Origin: Bacteroidales bacterium
GTDB lineage: Bacteria; Bacteroidota; Bacteroidia; Bacteroidales; Bacteroidaceae
Assembly: GCA_030523385.1 (NCBI GenBank)
Contig: JAUNIV010000001.1
Span: forward strand, 1-46,682
DNA: 46,682 bases
Reading direction: 5' to 3'
The translations under genes were made by a program, and so were the position numbers. Numbering within the stretch: the first letter of the stretch is position 1; the number at the start of each line of letters is the position of its first letter. Positions 10,254 through 19,889 of the stretch are shown here, one piece after another. The notes beneath the pieces are model-generated. The model had not been told where the DNA came from and made no database searches. It worked only from the letters and a program-made list of their open reading frames with translations.

Positions 10254-10536
10254 TTCAAAAACCCCAAAATGAAAACATCTGCTTAACATATCTTAACACG
10301 GAAATGAACGGAAATTTTCATTTTCTATCATTTTGTGCTGCGTTCCTGAAGGTGCAAAATCAGGTATTGTGAACCTTATTGTCGTTTCAGCAATCAGGTT
10401 GAAAAAATGGCTTTAGTTGGAAAAATGTGCACGAAAAGTGGGCTTTTCAGGTGGCATTTTATAGTATTTTCTGCGAAAATACAGTTGTATGTTTAACTTT
10501 CTACGTATAAGTCTCTTTAGTCTCACGGAATTTTAT

Positions 10537-10544
10537 TAACTTTG
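10537..10544 (+). promoter_or_regulatory. Bacteroidetes -7 promoter element for lnu
   Basis: TAACTTTG matches TAnnTTTG, 28 nt before the ATG at 10573. Confidence 0.6.
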
Positions 10545-10572
10545 CACCAAAGTTTATTTTAATTGCAATTTT

Positions 10573-11073
10573 ATGGTCACTTATTTTGATGCATGTGAGA
10601 TTCTTGAAATGCTGTCTGAAGCATCTGTAAAGGTGTTTCTGGACGGCGGTTGGGGTGTCGATGCACTTATAGGCAGAGAAACAAGAATACATAACGACAT
10701 CGATCTGTTCGTAGAGAAGAAAGACTATGGTAAGGCCATATCCGTGATTACCTGGAAGGGATACAGAGAAGTTGTAATGGACTATACGACCGATAGCCAT
10801 ACTGTCTGGAAAGATGACAACGGAAGAATAATCGATCTGCATTGTTTCGAATATGTCGAAGATGGAATTCTATATGACGGATACACTTTCCCAAGCGAAA
10901 CTTTCTCAGGTAAAGGAAATATCGGGAATATTGAGGTAACATGCATAAACCCGGAGGCACAGGTACAGTTCCATCTTGGATATGAATACGATGAAAATGA
11001 TGTCCACGACGTCCTGTTATTATGCAGAACTTTCAATCTTGAGATACCGGAGCAATATAAAACTCACATCTGA
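10573..11073 (+). CDS. lnu: Lincosamide nucleotidyltransferase, Lnu(C)-like
   Basis: 166 aa with KVFLDGGWGVDAL..HNDIDLFVEK, HTVW..RIIDLHCFEY and FHLGYEYDEND.HDV, motifs I recognise from Lnu(C). Confidence 0.85.
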   Translation: MVTYFDACEILEMLSEASVKVFLDGGWGVDALIGRETRIHNDIDLFVEKKDYGKAISVITWKGYREVVMDYTTDSHTVWKDDNGRIIDLHCFEYVEDGILYDGYTFPSETFSGKGNIGNIEVTCINPEAQVQFHLGYEYDENDVHDVLLLCRTFNLEIPEQYKTHI

Positions 11074-11084
11074 TTCAATATGCT

Positions 11085-11834
11085 ATGATTACTGATAGTT
11101 ATGATATTGAAACTGAACCAATGATCAATCTGTTTGATTTCTACGGCAGACGTGGAGATTTTGCAGATATATGCCTGATAATATTCTCGAAGGAGATTCA
11201 TCGGCATTTACTTGATTCCTACGAATCTGAAATTATTGCAACTATGCCGGCTTGCAATGGCGATACGCATATCTATAAAACAACTTATAAAGGAGTTACG
11301 ATAACTTTCTACCTGTCAGGAATAGGTTCAGCAGTAGCATCCTCTCAATGTCATCTTGCAAGCTGGCTAACTGGAGCATCAAAGTTCATTATGTTCGGTT
11401 CCTGTGGCAGTCTTGACCGTACAACCACACAAGGTAGATTTATCATACCGACACAAAGTTACAGAGGGGACGGGTGTTCATATTATTTTGCAGCACCATC
11501 CGACTATATTGATATAGCCGCAAGCAAGGAACTTTCCATAATTTTCGACAAATTATCTGTACCATATATTACAGGTAAAATATGGACGACAGATTCGATG
11601 ATCAGAGAAACAAAAGGACTTGTACGCAAACGTATGGAAGAAGGGTGCATCGCTGTAGAAATGGAATTGGCTGGAGTTCAATCTGTGTGCGACTTCTACA
11701 ATTTGAAGTTGTATGCTTTTTTTGAAACAGGTGACATTTTGGATACAAATGGATATGAAGCCAAAGGCTTGAACAATGCCAACCATAGTTTAAACAAACT
11801 TTATATTGCTTTAGAAACGGCAACCTACATCTGA
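11085..11834 (+). CDS. Nucleoside phosphorylase (PNP/UDP family)
   Basis: 249 aa with GIGS, IMFGSCGSL, WTTD..RET and CIAVEMELAG motifs. Confidence 0.85.
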   Translation: MITDSYDIETEPMINLFDFYGRRGDFADICLIIFSKEIHRHLLDSYESEIIATMPACNGDTHIYKTTYKGVTITFYLSGIGSAVASSQCHLASWLTGASKFIMFGSCGSLDRTTTQGRFIIPTQSYRGDGCSYYFAAPSDYIDIAASKELSIIFDKLSVPYITGKIWTTDSMIRETKGLVRKRMEEGCIAVEMELAGVQSVCDFYNLKLYAFFETGDILDTNGYEAKGLNNANHSLNKLYIALETATYI

Positions 11835-11877
11835 AGTATATCAGAATTGTAAATTCCCATTTAGCGGACTATATAAA

Positions 11878-11918
11878 AAGTATTCCATAACCATCTATAC
11901 GTGGTTTACGGAATGCTT
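11878..11918 (+). terminator. Stem-loop downstream of the lnu-PNP cargo
   Basis: AAGTATTCC..AACCA..TGGTT..GGAATGCTT imperfect inverted repeat. Confidence 0.45.
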
Positions 11919-12031
11919 ACTTTATAACAATTAGGTTTACACTCGTTTATTTTGACGGTGCAAAGTTACTCATGCTATCTGGCTCCCACAACGGGCAATA
12001 GTGCACATTTTCAAGAAAATGACGTTTTCAA

Positions 12032-12080
12032 GAAAAAAAATATCCCTACAAACTTAGACTATGCCAAGTTTCGTAGGGAT
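12032..12080 (-). terminator. Intrinsic terminator of the mob operon
   Basis: ATCCCTAC-AAACTT / AAGTTT-C-GTAGGGAT stem followed by a T-run on the minus strand. Confidence 0.65.
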
Positions 12081-12102
12081 TTTGGAGGGTATAAACATTA
12101 GA

Positions 12103-12720
12103 TTACTTTGTCCAGTGGTAGTGACTGTCGAGCATCAGGAAGATAGCCAAGCCGAAAATAACGAGTCCAAGGACAAAGAAGAACCAGAAGAAATACTGCA
12201 CATAGTGTCCGAGGTAGGTTCCGTCGTACTCCTTGTACCTTTCCTGAACCCTTCTACGTTCTTCATAAAACATTTGATTGACCTCACGGATATGCTTCTG
12301 CATCTGAGTGGTCATCCATTCATGTTGTTTGTCGAACATGTCCTGAATCTTCTTCCAGTCAACATCATCGACTCTGACTGAAACCTTCAACTTGGTTGGG
12401 GCATCCTTCAGAACATTGTCAATGTGGGTATTGATGGTGTCAACCTTACCACTGATAGTGTCAACGGCATTGCCAAGAGCAGTCTGAGCTGAATTGTACT
12501 TACGGATGGCAGACTCCAGTTGAAGAGTTGCATTGATCCAAGTGTTGGTCGCTTTGTCAATGTTCTCACTCAACTGCCTGAGTTCAGGCGCACGACTGAC
12601 AACAGCATCCTCGGCATCATGCTCTTCAATCTCTTCCTGGACTTCGTTCATCATGTCATCGAAGTCAGGCTTCTGCTCGTCATCTTCGATGAGTTCTTCT
12701 ACATGTTTTGTTCTTCTCAT
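12103..12720 (-). CDS. Mobilization-associated coiled-coil protein with C-terminal TM
   Basis: Likely start MRRTKH at 12720, directly after the relaxase. Has a hydrophobic C-terminal segment. Confidence 0.65.
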   Translation of the reverse strand: MRRTKHVEELIEDDEQKPDFDDMMNEVQEEIEEHDAEDAVVSRAPELRQLSENIDKATNTWINATLQLESAIRKYNSAQTALGNAVDTISGKVDTINTHIDNVLKDAPTKLKVSVRVDDVDWKKIQDMFDKQHEWMTTQMQKHIREVNQMFYEERRRVQERYKEYDGTYLGHYVQYFFWFFFVLGLVIFGLAIFLMLDSHYHWTK

Positions 12721-12737
12721 TGATATGTAGGATTTGT

Positions 12738-13976
12738 CTAACGGTGGAATGAACGTCTTTTCTGCGGTGGCTTGCACATGGCATGAGCCATCTGGAGGCA
12801 ACGGCGAGCCCGCTCACGCTCGTCTTCGTCATCATCCTTACCCCAACCAGAGGAAGGAGCAGAACCACCACCGCCACAAGATTCGGACACGGTTGTTGCT
12901 GCATCAATCATATCAAGGAAGAGAAGCATACCTACATGAGAAATGTCCTCTCTTGATGCAGTCATATCAGAATCAGGAACCTGAACCTCATTGAGGAAGA
13001 TGTCCTTGACCGTGTTCGGAATATAGATTCTCTTCATTTCACCGCTAACATTGACATTGAAGGCAGTCTTGGTAGCAACTGGCAATGGCTTAGAATTGGA
13101 CTGGGTAGGTTTCGTTGTCTGAGCAACATGGCGAGCAGGGCGAGCCGGTGAAACGGAAGGTGAAGCAGGTCGCATCTTGACCTGAGTAGGCTTAGGATGC
13201 ATCTTCTTCCATGTGGCTTCAAGCTGTGATACCATGAACTTTCGACCGATGGCAGAAGCCTTGAACACTGAGGCATTCTTGCCGATGGTGTAGCCCACAA
13301 GTTTGCAGTTAGTAGTGTCATACCTTGGATTGACCTCATAGCCTCTCATGCGAAGCATATCAAAGTAACGGTCAATGTCGAAACTATCCATCTTCTGAAG
13401 GGTATATTCGCAAAACTCCGCTATATCTTGTTGGCGCATTTCACGAACCTCCTGAGGTTGCTCCCAACCATGCCTTGCGTTGATAATTTCCGCAGCCCTT
13501 ATTGCTCTGATGTGAACATCGTGAACATCGTTGGTCTTGCCGTCATTATCCACACGGCAACAGTCAAGATGCAGGTGAAGGGTTCCAGACTTGGAATCCC
13601 GATGCAAGGCAGCAACACTCATAGAATTGCGGAAATTGGTCTTGACCTTCTCCTTAAAGCCTTTGGGTAAAAGTCCGACTGAATCCAAAGCTTCCAATCC
13701 TTCATCAGCGAGGTTTGCCCAGTCATCCAAGGTATAGTTCTCTGACTCTTCCTTGGATGGGGAGAGTACAAACGTGGTCATGAAGCGTTCCAACTTTCGC
13801 CCAACAGTCCTGTCCTGTTGATGCAACTGGCAGTGATGCTTCATCCGATACCAGATTTCGGTGGCATCGAGATAGTCAGGCATGTGGTTCACCTTGACCA
13901 CGGTTGCATCCTCCTTCTCCATTGCGTACCTTGCGGCATTGCCGCCATAGGCTACTGGTCTTGCGAGTATAATCAT
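12738..13976 (-). CDS. Relaxase (MOBP-like)
   Basis: 412 aa with an N-terminal Tyr (AARYA), FVLSP and the His motif LHRDSKSGTLHLHL. Coupled to a MobC-like gene. Confidence 0.85.
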   Translation of the reverse strand: MIILARPVAYGGNAARYAMEKEDATVVKVNHMPDYLDATEIWYRMKHHCQLHQQDRTVGRKLERFMTTFVLSPSKEESENYTLDDWANLADEGLEALDSVGLLPKGFKEKVKTNFRNSMSVAALHRDSKSGTLHLHLDCCRVDNDGKTNDVHDVHIRAIRAAEIINARHGWEQPQEVREMRQQDIAEFCEYTLQKMDSFDIDRYFDMLRMRGYEVNPRYDTTNCKLVGYTIGKNASVFKASAIGRKFMVSQLEATWKKMHPKPTQVKMRPASPSVSPARPARHVAQTTKPTQSNSKPLPVATKTAFNVNVSGEMKRIYIPNTVKDIFLNEVQVPDSDMTASREDISHVGMLLFLDMIDAATTVSESCGGGGSAPSSGWGKDDDEDERERARRCLQMAHAMCKPPQKRRSFHR

Positions 13977-14371
13977 TCGTCTTCTTGAACTTTGGTCAGT
14001 ACAGGAGAAGTAAGGTTGTCTTCAATGCTATACCAGTGTTTGATGAGTCGTTCAACGGCTTCAATCCACCACTTCATGAACTTTGGAGATCTGAACATCT
14101 TCTGCTTTTCCTCGGGTGAAGCATCGTGCAACTTACTGCGGACTTTTATCAAGTCGGTACGTGCCTCAGTCAGAGAGTTCAGGGCTTTGCTTTCCTCTGG
14201 AGTGAGTCGCTGACGTGGGTGATGCTTCTTGCCAGTCTCAACGAGATACTTGCCTATGCTCATACCACATTCCTTAGCGAGTTTTTTCAGTTCCTTCCAG
14301 TCCTTATCGGTACAGCGGAAGGAATGCACCCTTGTGGGTGTCTTCTTGATAATCTTCTTTTTCTTAGCCAT
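13973..14371 (-). CDS. MobC-like ribbon-helix-helix relaxosome accessory protein
   Basis: 132 aa with the RHH pattern RVHSFRCTDKDWKELKKLAKECGMSIGKYL. Overlaps the relaxase start. Confidence 0.8.
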   Translation of the reverse strand: MAKKKKIIKKTPTRVHSFRCTDKDWKELKKLAKECGMSIGKYLVETGKKHHPRQRLTPEESKALNSLTEARTDLIKVRSKLHDASPEEKQKMFRSPKFMKWWIEAVERLIKHWYSIEDNLTSPVLTKVQEDE

Positions 14372-14399
14372 ATCTTTGAATATGATTAAAGGGATGAAT

Positions 14400-14560
14400 A
14401 TAAATCAGTAAAAAAGAAGGACATAGGTCTGCGAGCCTGCGAGTAGCCCGAGAAACTTTTAGGACTGCATAAATTTGGTCACAAATAATGTAGTACAAAA
14501 GGATTTCTCGAAAAGTACCTCTTAAAAATCGGTCCTTTTACCTGCTAAGTTCCCGTCAGG
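14400..14560. other. Candidate oriT region
   Basis: Intergenic, upstream of mobC. Contains a CTGCGAG direct repeat (14429, 14437) and a CGAGAAA/TTTCTCG inverted repeat (14449, 14504). Nick site not identified. Confidence 0.35.
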
Positions 14561-14659
14561 GCTTAGAAAGTCGTTTCGGCTTGCCGTGTTGTCCTGTATC
14601 GGTAAACGTCCTTTGGGATGGTTTGGCGGTGCAGGTCGCATTCCTGAGTCCTCAGACGG

Positions 14660-15487
14660 CTATTTGTTGCCGTTCTGGTTGTAGTAGCCGTTAGGCTTCT
14701 GATAGCCGTTGAAAGGCGGTCTTTGATTGCCGTTAGGCTGTTGTGGCTGCTGTCCTCCTTGCTGAGAAGGTATCTGCTCATGCTGCTTCCCTTCATTCTG
14801 CTTGCCATCGGCTTCACCTTGGGGAGAAGGGCTGTCAGCAGACTGCGGGGAATTGTTTTCAGGAGGTGATGGTGACTTGTTGCCATCTGCTCCAGACTTA
14901 CCCACATTGCCACTATCATTAGATTGTGGTGATTGGTGCGACACATTGCCAGTTGTCTGAGGATTGTTGCCCTCGGCAGAGTCATTGGATTTGTCATCGG
15001 CAGAAGCAGAACCTTCCTTGTCCTTCTTCTTGTCATCAGGATCCTCAGTGATGATGACCTTGGAGGCAGGAACTTCCGCATGGATGATTGCCGTACTGTC
15101 GTTATTGCGCTTTAAGGCAAAGGCATTCGACACGAACTTGGCATCAACATACCAGCCTGAGAGACAATGAAGGGTGTAGATGCGGTTATCTTCCACTTCC
15201 TGAGAAGAGAAAATGCCCACAGCCTCCATAGCATCCAACAGCTTTGGAACCGTCTTGCGGTCTTTGTCCCAGAGTTTGGCAAGTTGGGTATTGTCAACCA
15301 TAACTTGACCTGCCAAGATTTCTACTTGCTTGGTCTTGCTGATTTGCACAAGTTTTGGAACTGGCTCGGCAAGATCCACAAGCGACATGAAGCATTCCAT
15401 ACGGTCAATCTTGTACTTCTTGCTTCGAAGATGCTTCAACTGCTCTTCAGAGAAAGTGAAGCAACGATGTAATTTTTTATCGTCCAT
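14660..15487 (-). CDS. Hypothetical protein: HTH-like N-domain plus low-complexity S/Q/N/G tail
   Basis: 275 aa with an HTH-like segment QLAKLWDKDRKTVPKLL and a disordered-looking C-terminal half. Confidence 0.7.
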   Translation of the reverse strand: MDDKKLHRCFTFSEEQLKHLRSKKYKIDRMECFMSLVDLAEPVPKLVQISKTKQVEILAGQVMVDNTQLAKLWDKDRKTVPKLLDAMEAVGIFSSQEVEDNRIYTLHCLSGWYVDAKFVSNAFALKRNNDSTAIIHAEVPASKVIITEDPDDKKKDKEGSASADDKSNDSAEGNNPQTTGNVSHQSPQSNDSGNVGKSGADGNKSPSPPENNSPQSADSPSPQGEADGKQNEGKQHEQIPSQQGGQQPQQPNGNQRPPFNGYQKPNGYYNQNGNK

Positions 15488-15554
15488 AGTCTATGATATT
15501 ATTGAAATGTAACCGAATAAAGGGAAAAGGAATATGCCATCAAAAAGAAGAGAA

Positions 15555-16670
15555 TCACTGGATAAGTTCAACCAGGGATTTCTTCATGTCATCATCAATG
15601 ACTCGGTATCGGGCAAAAGCAACGCTGCCTTTGGCATGACCAGACATAGAAGCAACCAAATCAGGGTCTTTGACCATGCGGTAAAGATTACCGATAAAAG
15701 TCCTTCGTGCAAGATGAGAGGTAGCCACATCTGAGATTGGCTTCTTCTCTTCAAGCCGTGTCTTAGGGTTAATCACAGTGACAACACGATTTACCTTGGC
15801 ACGCTTCAAGATTCTACGGATAGCATCGTTGAACTTGAAGTTATAATGCTTGGGGAAGATTGGTTCATCATCACCATGGTCATGGCCATCAAGGATAGCC
15901 ATAGCCTTGGGGATAAGAGGAACCCTTACAACGTCACCTAACTTGCCCTTGGTCTTGATGGGGATATATTCCAGAACACCGTCAATAATGTTCTTGGGGG
16001 TGAAGGTCACAAGATCACTATGACGGCATCCGACCATACACTGAAACACGAACATATCACGATACTCAGCAAGTTCTGCATCATCCGTTAGGTCTGCATC
16101 CAGAACTTGGTCACGCTCCTGAATGGTCAGGAAATATGGAGTGCCATAGAGTGCCTTGGGCATGTCATAGCCAAAGAAGGGGTCATTGTTTGTGACTCCC
16201 TGCTTTCGTACCCAGTTGCAGACGGTACGCATCAAGGTCATGTTAGTGACGATGGTATTCATAGATATGTCATAGTCAGAAGACAGGAAATCCGCAAACA
16301 CACGAAGATCATCGGCAGTCATGCTGTCAATGTTCATCGGGTGTTTGTGTTCATCCTCAAAACGAGTAACCTTGTCAATCAGGCATCGGGTGTTACACTC
16401 CTGATGCTTGCCGAAATGCTCGTTCTGGTATGGAGTGAGCGCATGGATAGCCTTGATGCAGACACTCTGCACAAGCAGGGTTCGTCTGCCGATAGTGTTT
16501 TCTTGGTCAATGCCCTTGTTGGCATGTGAAATCTCGCACAGTTCATTGAAGGCATCCTTCATACTGTGATAGCCTGTGCCATCCTTGGCATAGGTAACGG
16601 CAAGGCTGGCTACCTGAGCCAGTTTGTCGTTGTACTGCTGTTGATTGAAATCCTGATTCATAATACTCAT
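15555..16670 (-). CDS. Tyrosine recombinase (third in the element)
   Basis: 371 aa with catalytic motifs GCRHSD, HLARRTF, SGH and FARY. Confidence 0.85.
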   Translation of the reverse strand: MSIMNQDFNQQQYNDKLAQVASLAVTYAKDGTGYHSMKDAFNELCEISHANKGIDQENTIGRRTLLVQSVCIKAIHALTPYQNEHFGKHQECNTRCLIDKVTRFEDEHKHPMNIDSMTADDLRVFADFLSSDYDISMNTIVTNMTLMRTVCNWVRKQGVTNNDPFFGYDMPKALYGTPYFLTIQERDQVLDADLTDDAELAEYRDMFVFQCMVGCRHSDLVTFTPKNIIDGVLEYIPIKTKGKLGDVVRVPLIPKAMAILDGHDHGDDEPIFPKHYNFKFNDAIRRILKRAKVNRVVTVINPKTRLEEKKPISDVATSHLARRTFIGNLYRMVKDPDLVASMSGHAKGSVAFARYRVIDDDMKKSLVELIQ

Positions 16671-16673
16671 TGA

Positions 16674-16994
16674 TTAGTGGTTGGCAAGTTCATTCAGCTT
16701 CTGGGCTGCTGCCTCCTTGGTCTCAGCCTCAGACATGCTGCGGTTCTGACGCATCCACTTCAGAAGTTCAGCCTTCTCAAAGTAGATGAGTTTGCCGTTT
16801 GGACGGAAGAAAGGAAGCTCATGACGATGGGTCATCTTGTAGAGACTGCTCTTTGATATACCCATGAAAAGGGCTGCTTCTTCAAGTGTCAATACCTCCT
16901 TGGCTGCGCTGAGAGTGTTCTCCAGAACCTCGATGCGATGCTCAAATGACTCTACCTTCAAAAGAAGAGTCTCGTTGTCAATAGTCTTATTCAT
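16674..16994 (-). CDS. Excisionase-like HTH_17 protein
   Basis: VLTLEEAALFMGISKSSLYKMT..RPNGKLIYF. Confidence 0.85.
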   Translation of the reverse strand: MNKTIDNETLLLKVESFEHRIEVLENTLSAAKEVLTLEEAALFMGISKSSLYKMTHRHELPFFRPNGKLIYFEKAELLKWMRQNRSMSEAETKEAAAQKLNELANH

Positions 16995-17142
16995 AATCTT
17001 GATATTTAGTTGTTTACGTTATCCTGAATGCTTGGTTTTGAGATAGCAAGCCCCTAAGGGTAGCGGAAACCACTACCTTGAATCAGGGCACTGCTTTTGA
17101 TGAAATGAAACTGGTTGTTATCCTGAATCGGCTCGTTAGCCG

Positions 17143-18405
17143 TTATTCGTTATCCTGTATATCTATGACCTTGCGAGGGTGCGTGTTGGTCGCTGCCGTT
17201 CGCTTGGTTCGTGGAATCTTCTTGTTCTCGGTGTGTGGCTTGCGACTCCTGAATACCGTCTTGGTATTGGAGATAGCCTTGACCTTTTCCTCAGTCAGCA
17301 CGTCTGCATAGACTGCGGTTGATTTGAGCGACTTGTGACCCATGAGTTTCTTGGTGGTCTCGATGTCACCAGTAGCCGCTTGGATCAATGTGCCAAAGGT
17401 ATGTCGGGAGGTATGGAAGGAGATTGTCTTCGTGATACCTACCTTCTTGGCTATTCGTTTGAGAGCTGCATCCACATTGGCATGGGCAGGAAGGTGGAAA
17501 ACCTTGTCATCCTTCTTGGGTGGCATCCATGCTTCTGCGGTTGAGCAGATTGGGACGGCATTGAGTTCCTTGGTCTTCTTCTGGACGATTACAAGTGTGT
17601 TCGTTACCTCGTTCCTCATGATGTTTGACCATCGCAAAGCCCTTATGTCGCTGATGCGTAGTCCTGTAAGGCAAGCGAAGCCAAATGCCAACTGGGTTTC
17701 CCTGACTCCGTTAGTCTCTTCGGATGCCATGAAGAGTTTGAGTTCATCGGGTGTAAGGTACAGCTTGTGACCAGACTTTGGCTTGGAGATTGTGTCTTCC
17801 TTCTCCAACTGATAGAAGGGGTTTGCCTTCAACTTGCCAGTCTTGACTGCCTTGTTGAATACTGCGACAATGCGTTGCTGCATGTTCCGCAAACTGGCAT
17901 TACTCAACGGCTTTGCCTTGACTCTCACATACTTCTGAGGTACATAGTCATTCTTCAGCCAAAGAAAGAATGCCTTGAACCATGTCTTATCGAACTTCAT
18001 CAGAGTGATGTGCGGTCTGCGTTTGGCTTTCAGAAACTCCTTCATGCGTTCTTGAAGGTATTGAGTCTGCTCGACAGTCCTCTTGGAATATTCGGGATTG
18101 CCGTCCATCCACTCCATGTAAGTCTGGATCCAGTCAATGACTTCGGGTGAGTCATCGTTGGGAATGTCGGGTACAACCATCAAGTGACCTTTCTCGGGAA
18201 TGGTCTCGGGATGAAGGACGCGCTCGGCACGAATCTCCTGCGCACGTTTCAAGGTAGCCTCGTTGCGTTCCTTTGTCTCTTGGTTAATCTCAGGGATTAG
18301 GTAGAGGGAAAGGAACTCAAACTTGCGCTTGCCATTCTCATAGATGTCAAGATACAGGCTCTTGTTGTCGTTTTCAAGGTCTTTTTGTCGAAGTGTGATG
18401 GTCAT
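17143..18405 (-). CDS. Tyrosine integrase (Arm-DNA-bind/SAM/catalytic)
   Basis: 420 aa with SLYLDIY, GLRISD, HTSRHTF, MGH and AVYA. Confidence 0.9.
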   Translation of the reverse strand: MTITLRQKDLENDNKSLYLDIYENGKRKFEFLSLYLIPEINQETKERNEATLKRAQEIRAERVLHPETIPEKGHLMVVPDIPNDDSPEVIDWIQTYMEWMDGNPEYSKRTVEQTQYLQERMKEFLKAKRRPHITLMKFDKTWFKAFFLWLKNDYVPQKYVRVKAKPLSNASLRNMQQRIVAVFNKAVKTGKLKANPFYQLEKEDTISKPKSGHKLYLTPDELKLFMASEETNGVRETQLAFGFACLTGLRISDIRALRWSNIMRNEVTNTLVIVQKKTKELNAVPICSTAEAWMPPKKDDKVFHLPAHANVDAALKRIAKKVGITKTISFHTSRHTFGTLIQAATGDIETTKKLMGHKSLKSTAVYADVLTEEKVKAISNTKTVFRSRKPHTENKKIPRTKRTAATNTHPRKVIDIQDNE

Positions 18406-18529
18406 ATCAATGATTGTTATAATTGGTTATACCACTGGGGTGAAACACCACCCTGGTTTATCAAAGGGGGTGATTTCAAGTCACCTCCCTTAACTCTTTG
18501 AAGGGGGGGGTACTTTCAAAGTACATCCT

Positions 18530-19702
18530 TTACTTGAACATTCCATCAATGAGGTTGATGGCTTCCTCCTTCTTCTTATCTACGATTTTCGCATAGATTT
18601 CAGTGGTCTGAATGTTGGTGTGACCCATCAACTTGCTTGTGGTGAACAGGTCTGCGCCAAGTGTCAGCATCATTGTGCCGAAGGTGTGACGTGAACAGTG
18701 GAAACTGATGTGCTTCTCTACACCTGCTGCCTCTGCCCATTTGCGAAGGGCTCTGCCTATGACGGTCTGAGTAGTTGGTATATCAAAGAAGGGAGTTGTT
18801 ATTCCCTTTGGTTTTGGTAACCAACGCTTTGCCTCTTCAGAGAGTGGGATGATGACAGGCTTCTCCGTCTTCTGCATTTCCATGTCAATATACTCGCCCT
18901 TGCCGTCAGGAGTCTTGAAAATGTGAATCGGTGCAAGTTTGTACATATCACTGAGTCGCAATCCAGTGAAACAAGCAAAGATGAAGGCTTGCTTGACCTC
19001 TGGGCGGTAACTGTCGGTTGCCATGAGGGCTTTAAGTTCCTCAATGGTAAGGTATTCCTTCTTGCCATCCTTTGGCTGAATGCGCTCCTTGGCATCCAGT
19101 TCCTTCATTGGATTGTTTCGGATAATACCTTGACGGACAGCATTGTTGAGAGTAGTCGAGAACATGCCGAGGTAACGGCTTGCCGTGTTCTGGCTGATAG
19201 GTCTTGGCTCAATGTACTTGCAGTGTGAGTTTGGGAAGGTGCGAAGGAACTTCACATACCCACGGCAGAAATCAGCATTGACCTCTTCAAGGGTGATGAA
19301 GGTCTGATTGGACTCTTCAAGATATTTCTCCACGGTGTGAAGCATTTCAACACGACAATGGAGGGTTGACTTCTTGGTGCTGACTCCACCTTCACAATAC
19401 TTCTTGATCCATCCTGTCAAGAGTTGTGAACCCTGCTTGACGGTTTCCCAGTCTTGCACTCCGTGACCATGGAGAGCCTTGATGCGCTCTGCCTTGATAC
19501 GTTCTGCGAGTGCCATCGTTTCCTTGTTCTGCTCCTTGCAGAGTGGATTGACCTCAGGAATGATATAGAGTTTCAGATACTCATACTTTCTGACTCCCTT
19601 CCAGTAGATGTCAAGATAGATACTCTTGTTGCCATCTGCGAGAGGTTTGAGACGAATCTTAATCGGCTCCTTCAGTTTGACTTGTTTCTTTGGTCTTGCC
19701 AT
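18530..19702 (-). CDS. Tyrosine integrase
   Basis: 390 aa with SIYLDIY, GLRLSD, HCSRHTF and MGH..TEIYAK. Adjacent to the right end of the element. Confidence 0.92.
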   Translation of the reverse strand: MARPKKQVKLKEPIKIRLKPLADGNKSIYLDIYWKGVRKYEYLKLYIIPEVNPLCKEQNKETMALAERIKAERIKALHGHGVQDWETVKQGSQLLTGWIKKYCEGGVSTKKSTLHCRVEMLHTVEKYLEESNQTFITLEEVNADFCRGYVKFLRTFPNSHCKYIEPRPISQNTASRYLGMFSTTLNNAVRQGIIRNNPMKELDAKERIQPKDGKKEYLTIEELKALMATDSYRPEVKQAFIFACFTGLRLSDMYKLAPIHIFKTPDGKGEYIDMEMQKTEKPVIIPLSEEAKRWLPKPKGITTPFFDIPTTQTVIGRALRKWAEAAGVEKHISFHCSRHTFGTMMLTLGADLFTTSKLMGHTNIQTTEIYAKIVDKKKEEAINLIDGMFK

Positions 19703-19866
19703 GCTTGTTTATATTTTATTTTGGTAATTTACTCCCGAAAGAAGGGAAAATGAATTTTGCAGAGGGTCTGCGAGGGTTGGGCTTTTCGGATGCTGATATA
19801 TCGTTTCTGCATCGTGATTATGCCTTTGAAAGCATGTGCAAAGATATGAAAATCAAGCCATATATG

Positions 19867-19889
19867 AGAAACAAATCAGAAACAAAAAT
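19867..19889 (+). repeat. Putative integrase arm-type site, right end
   Basis: AGAAACAAA-TCA-GAAACAAAAAT, matching 10231-10253. Confidence 0.7.
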
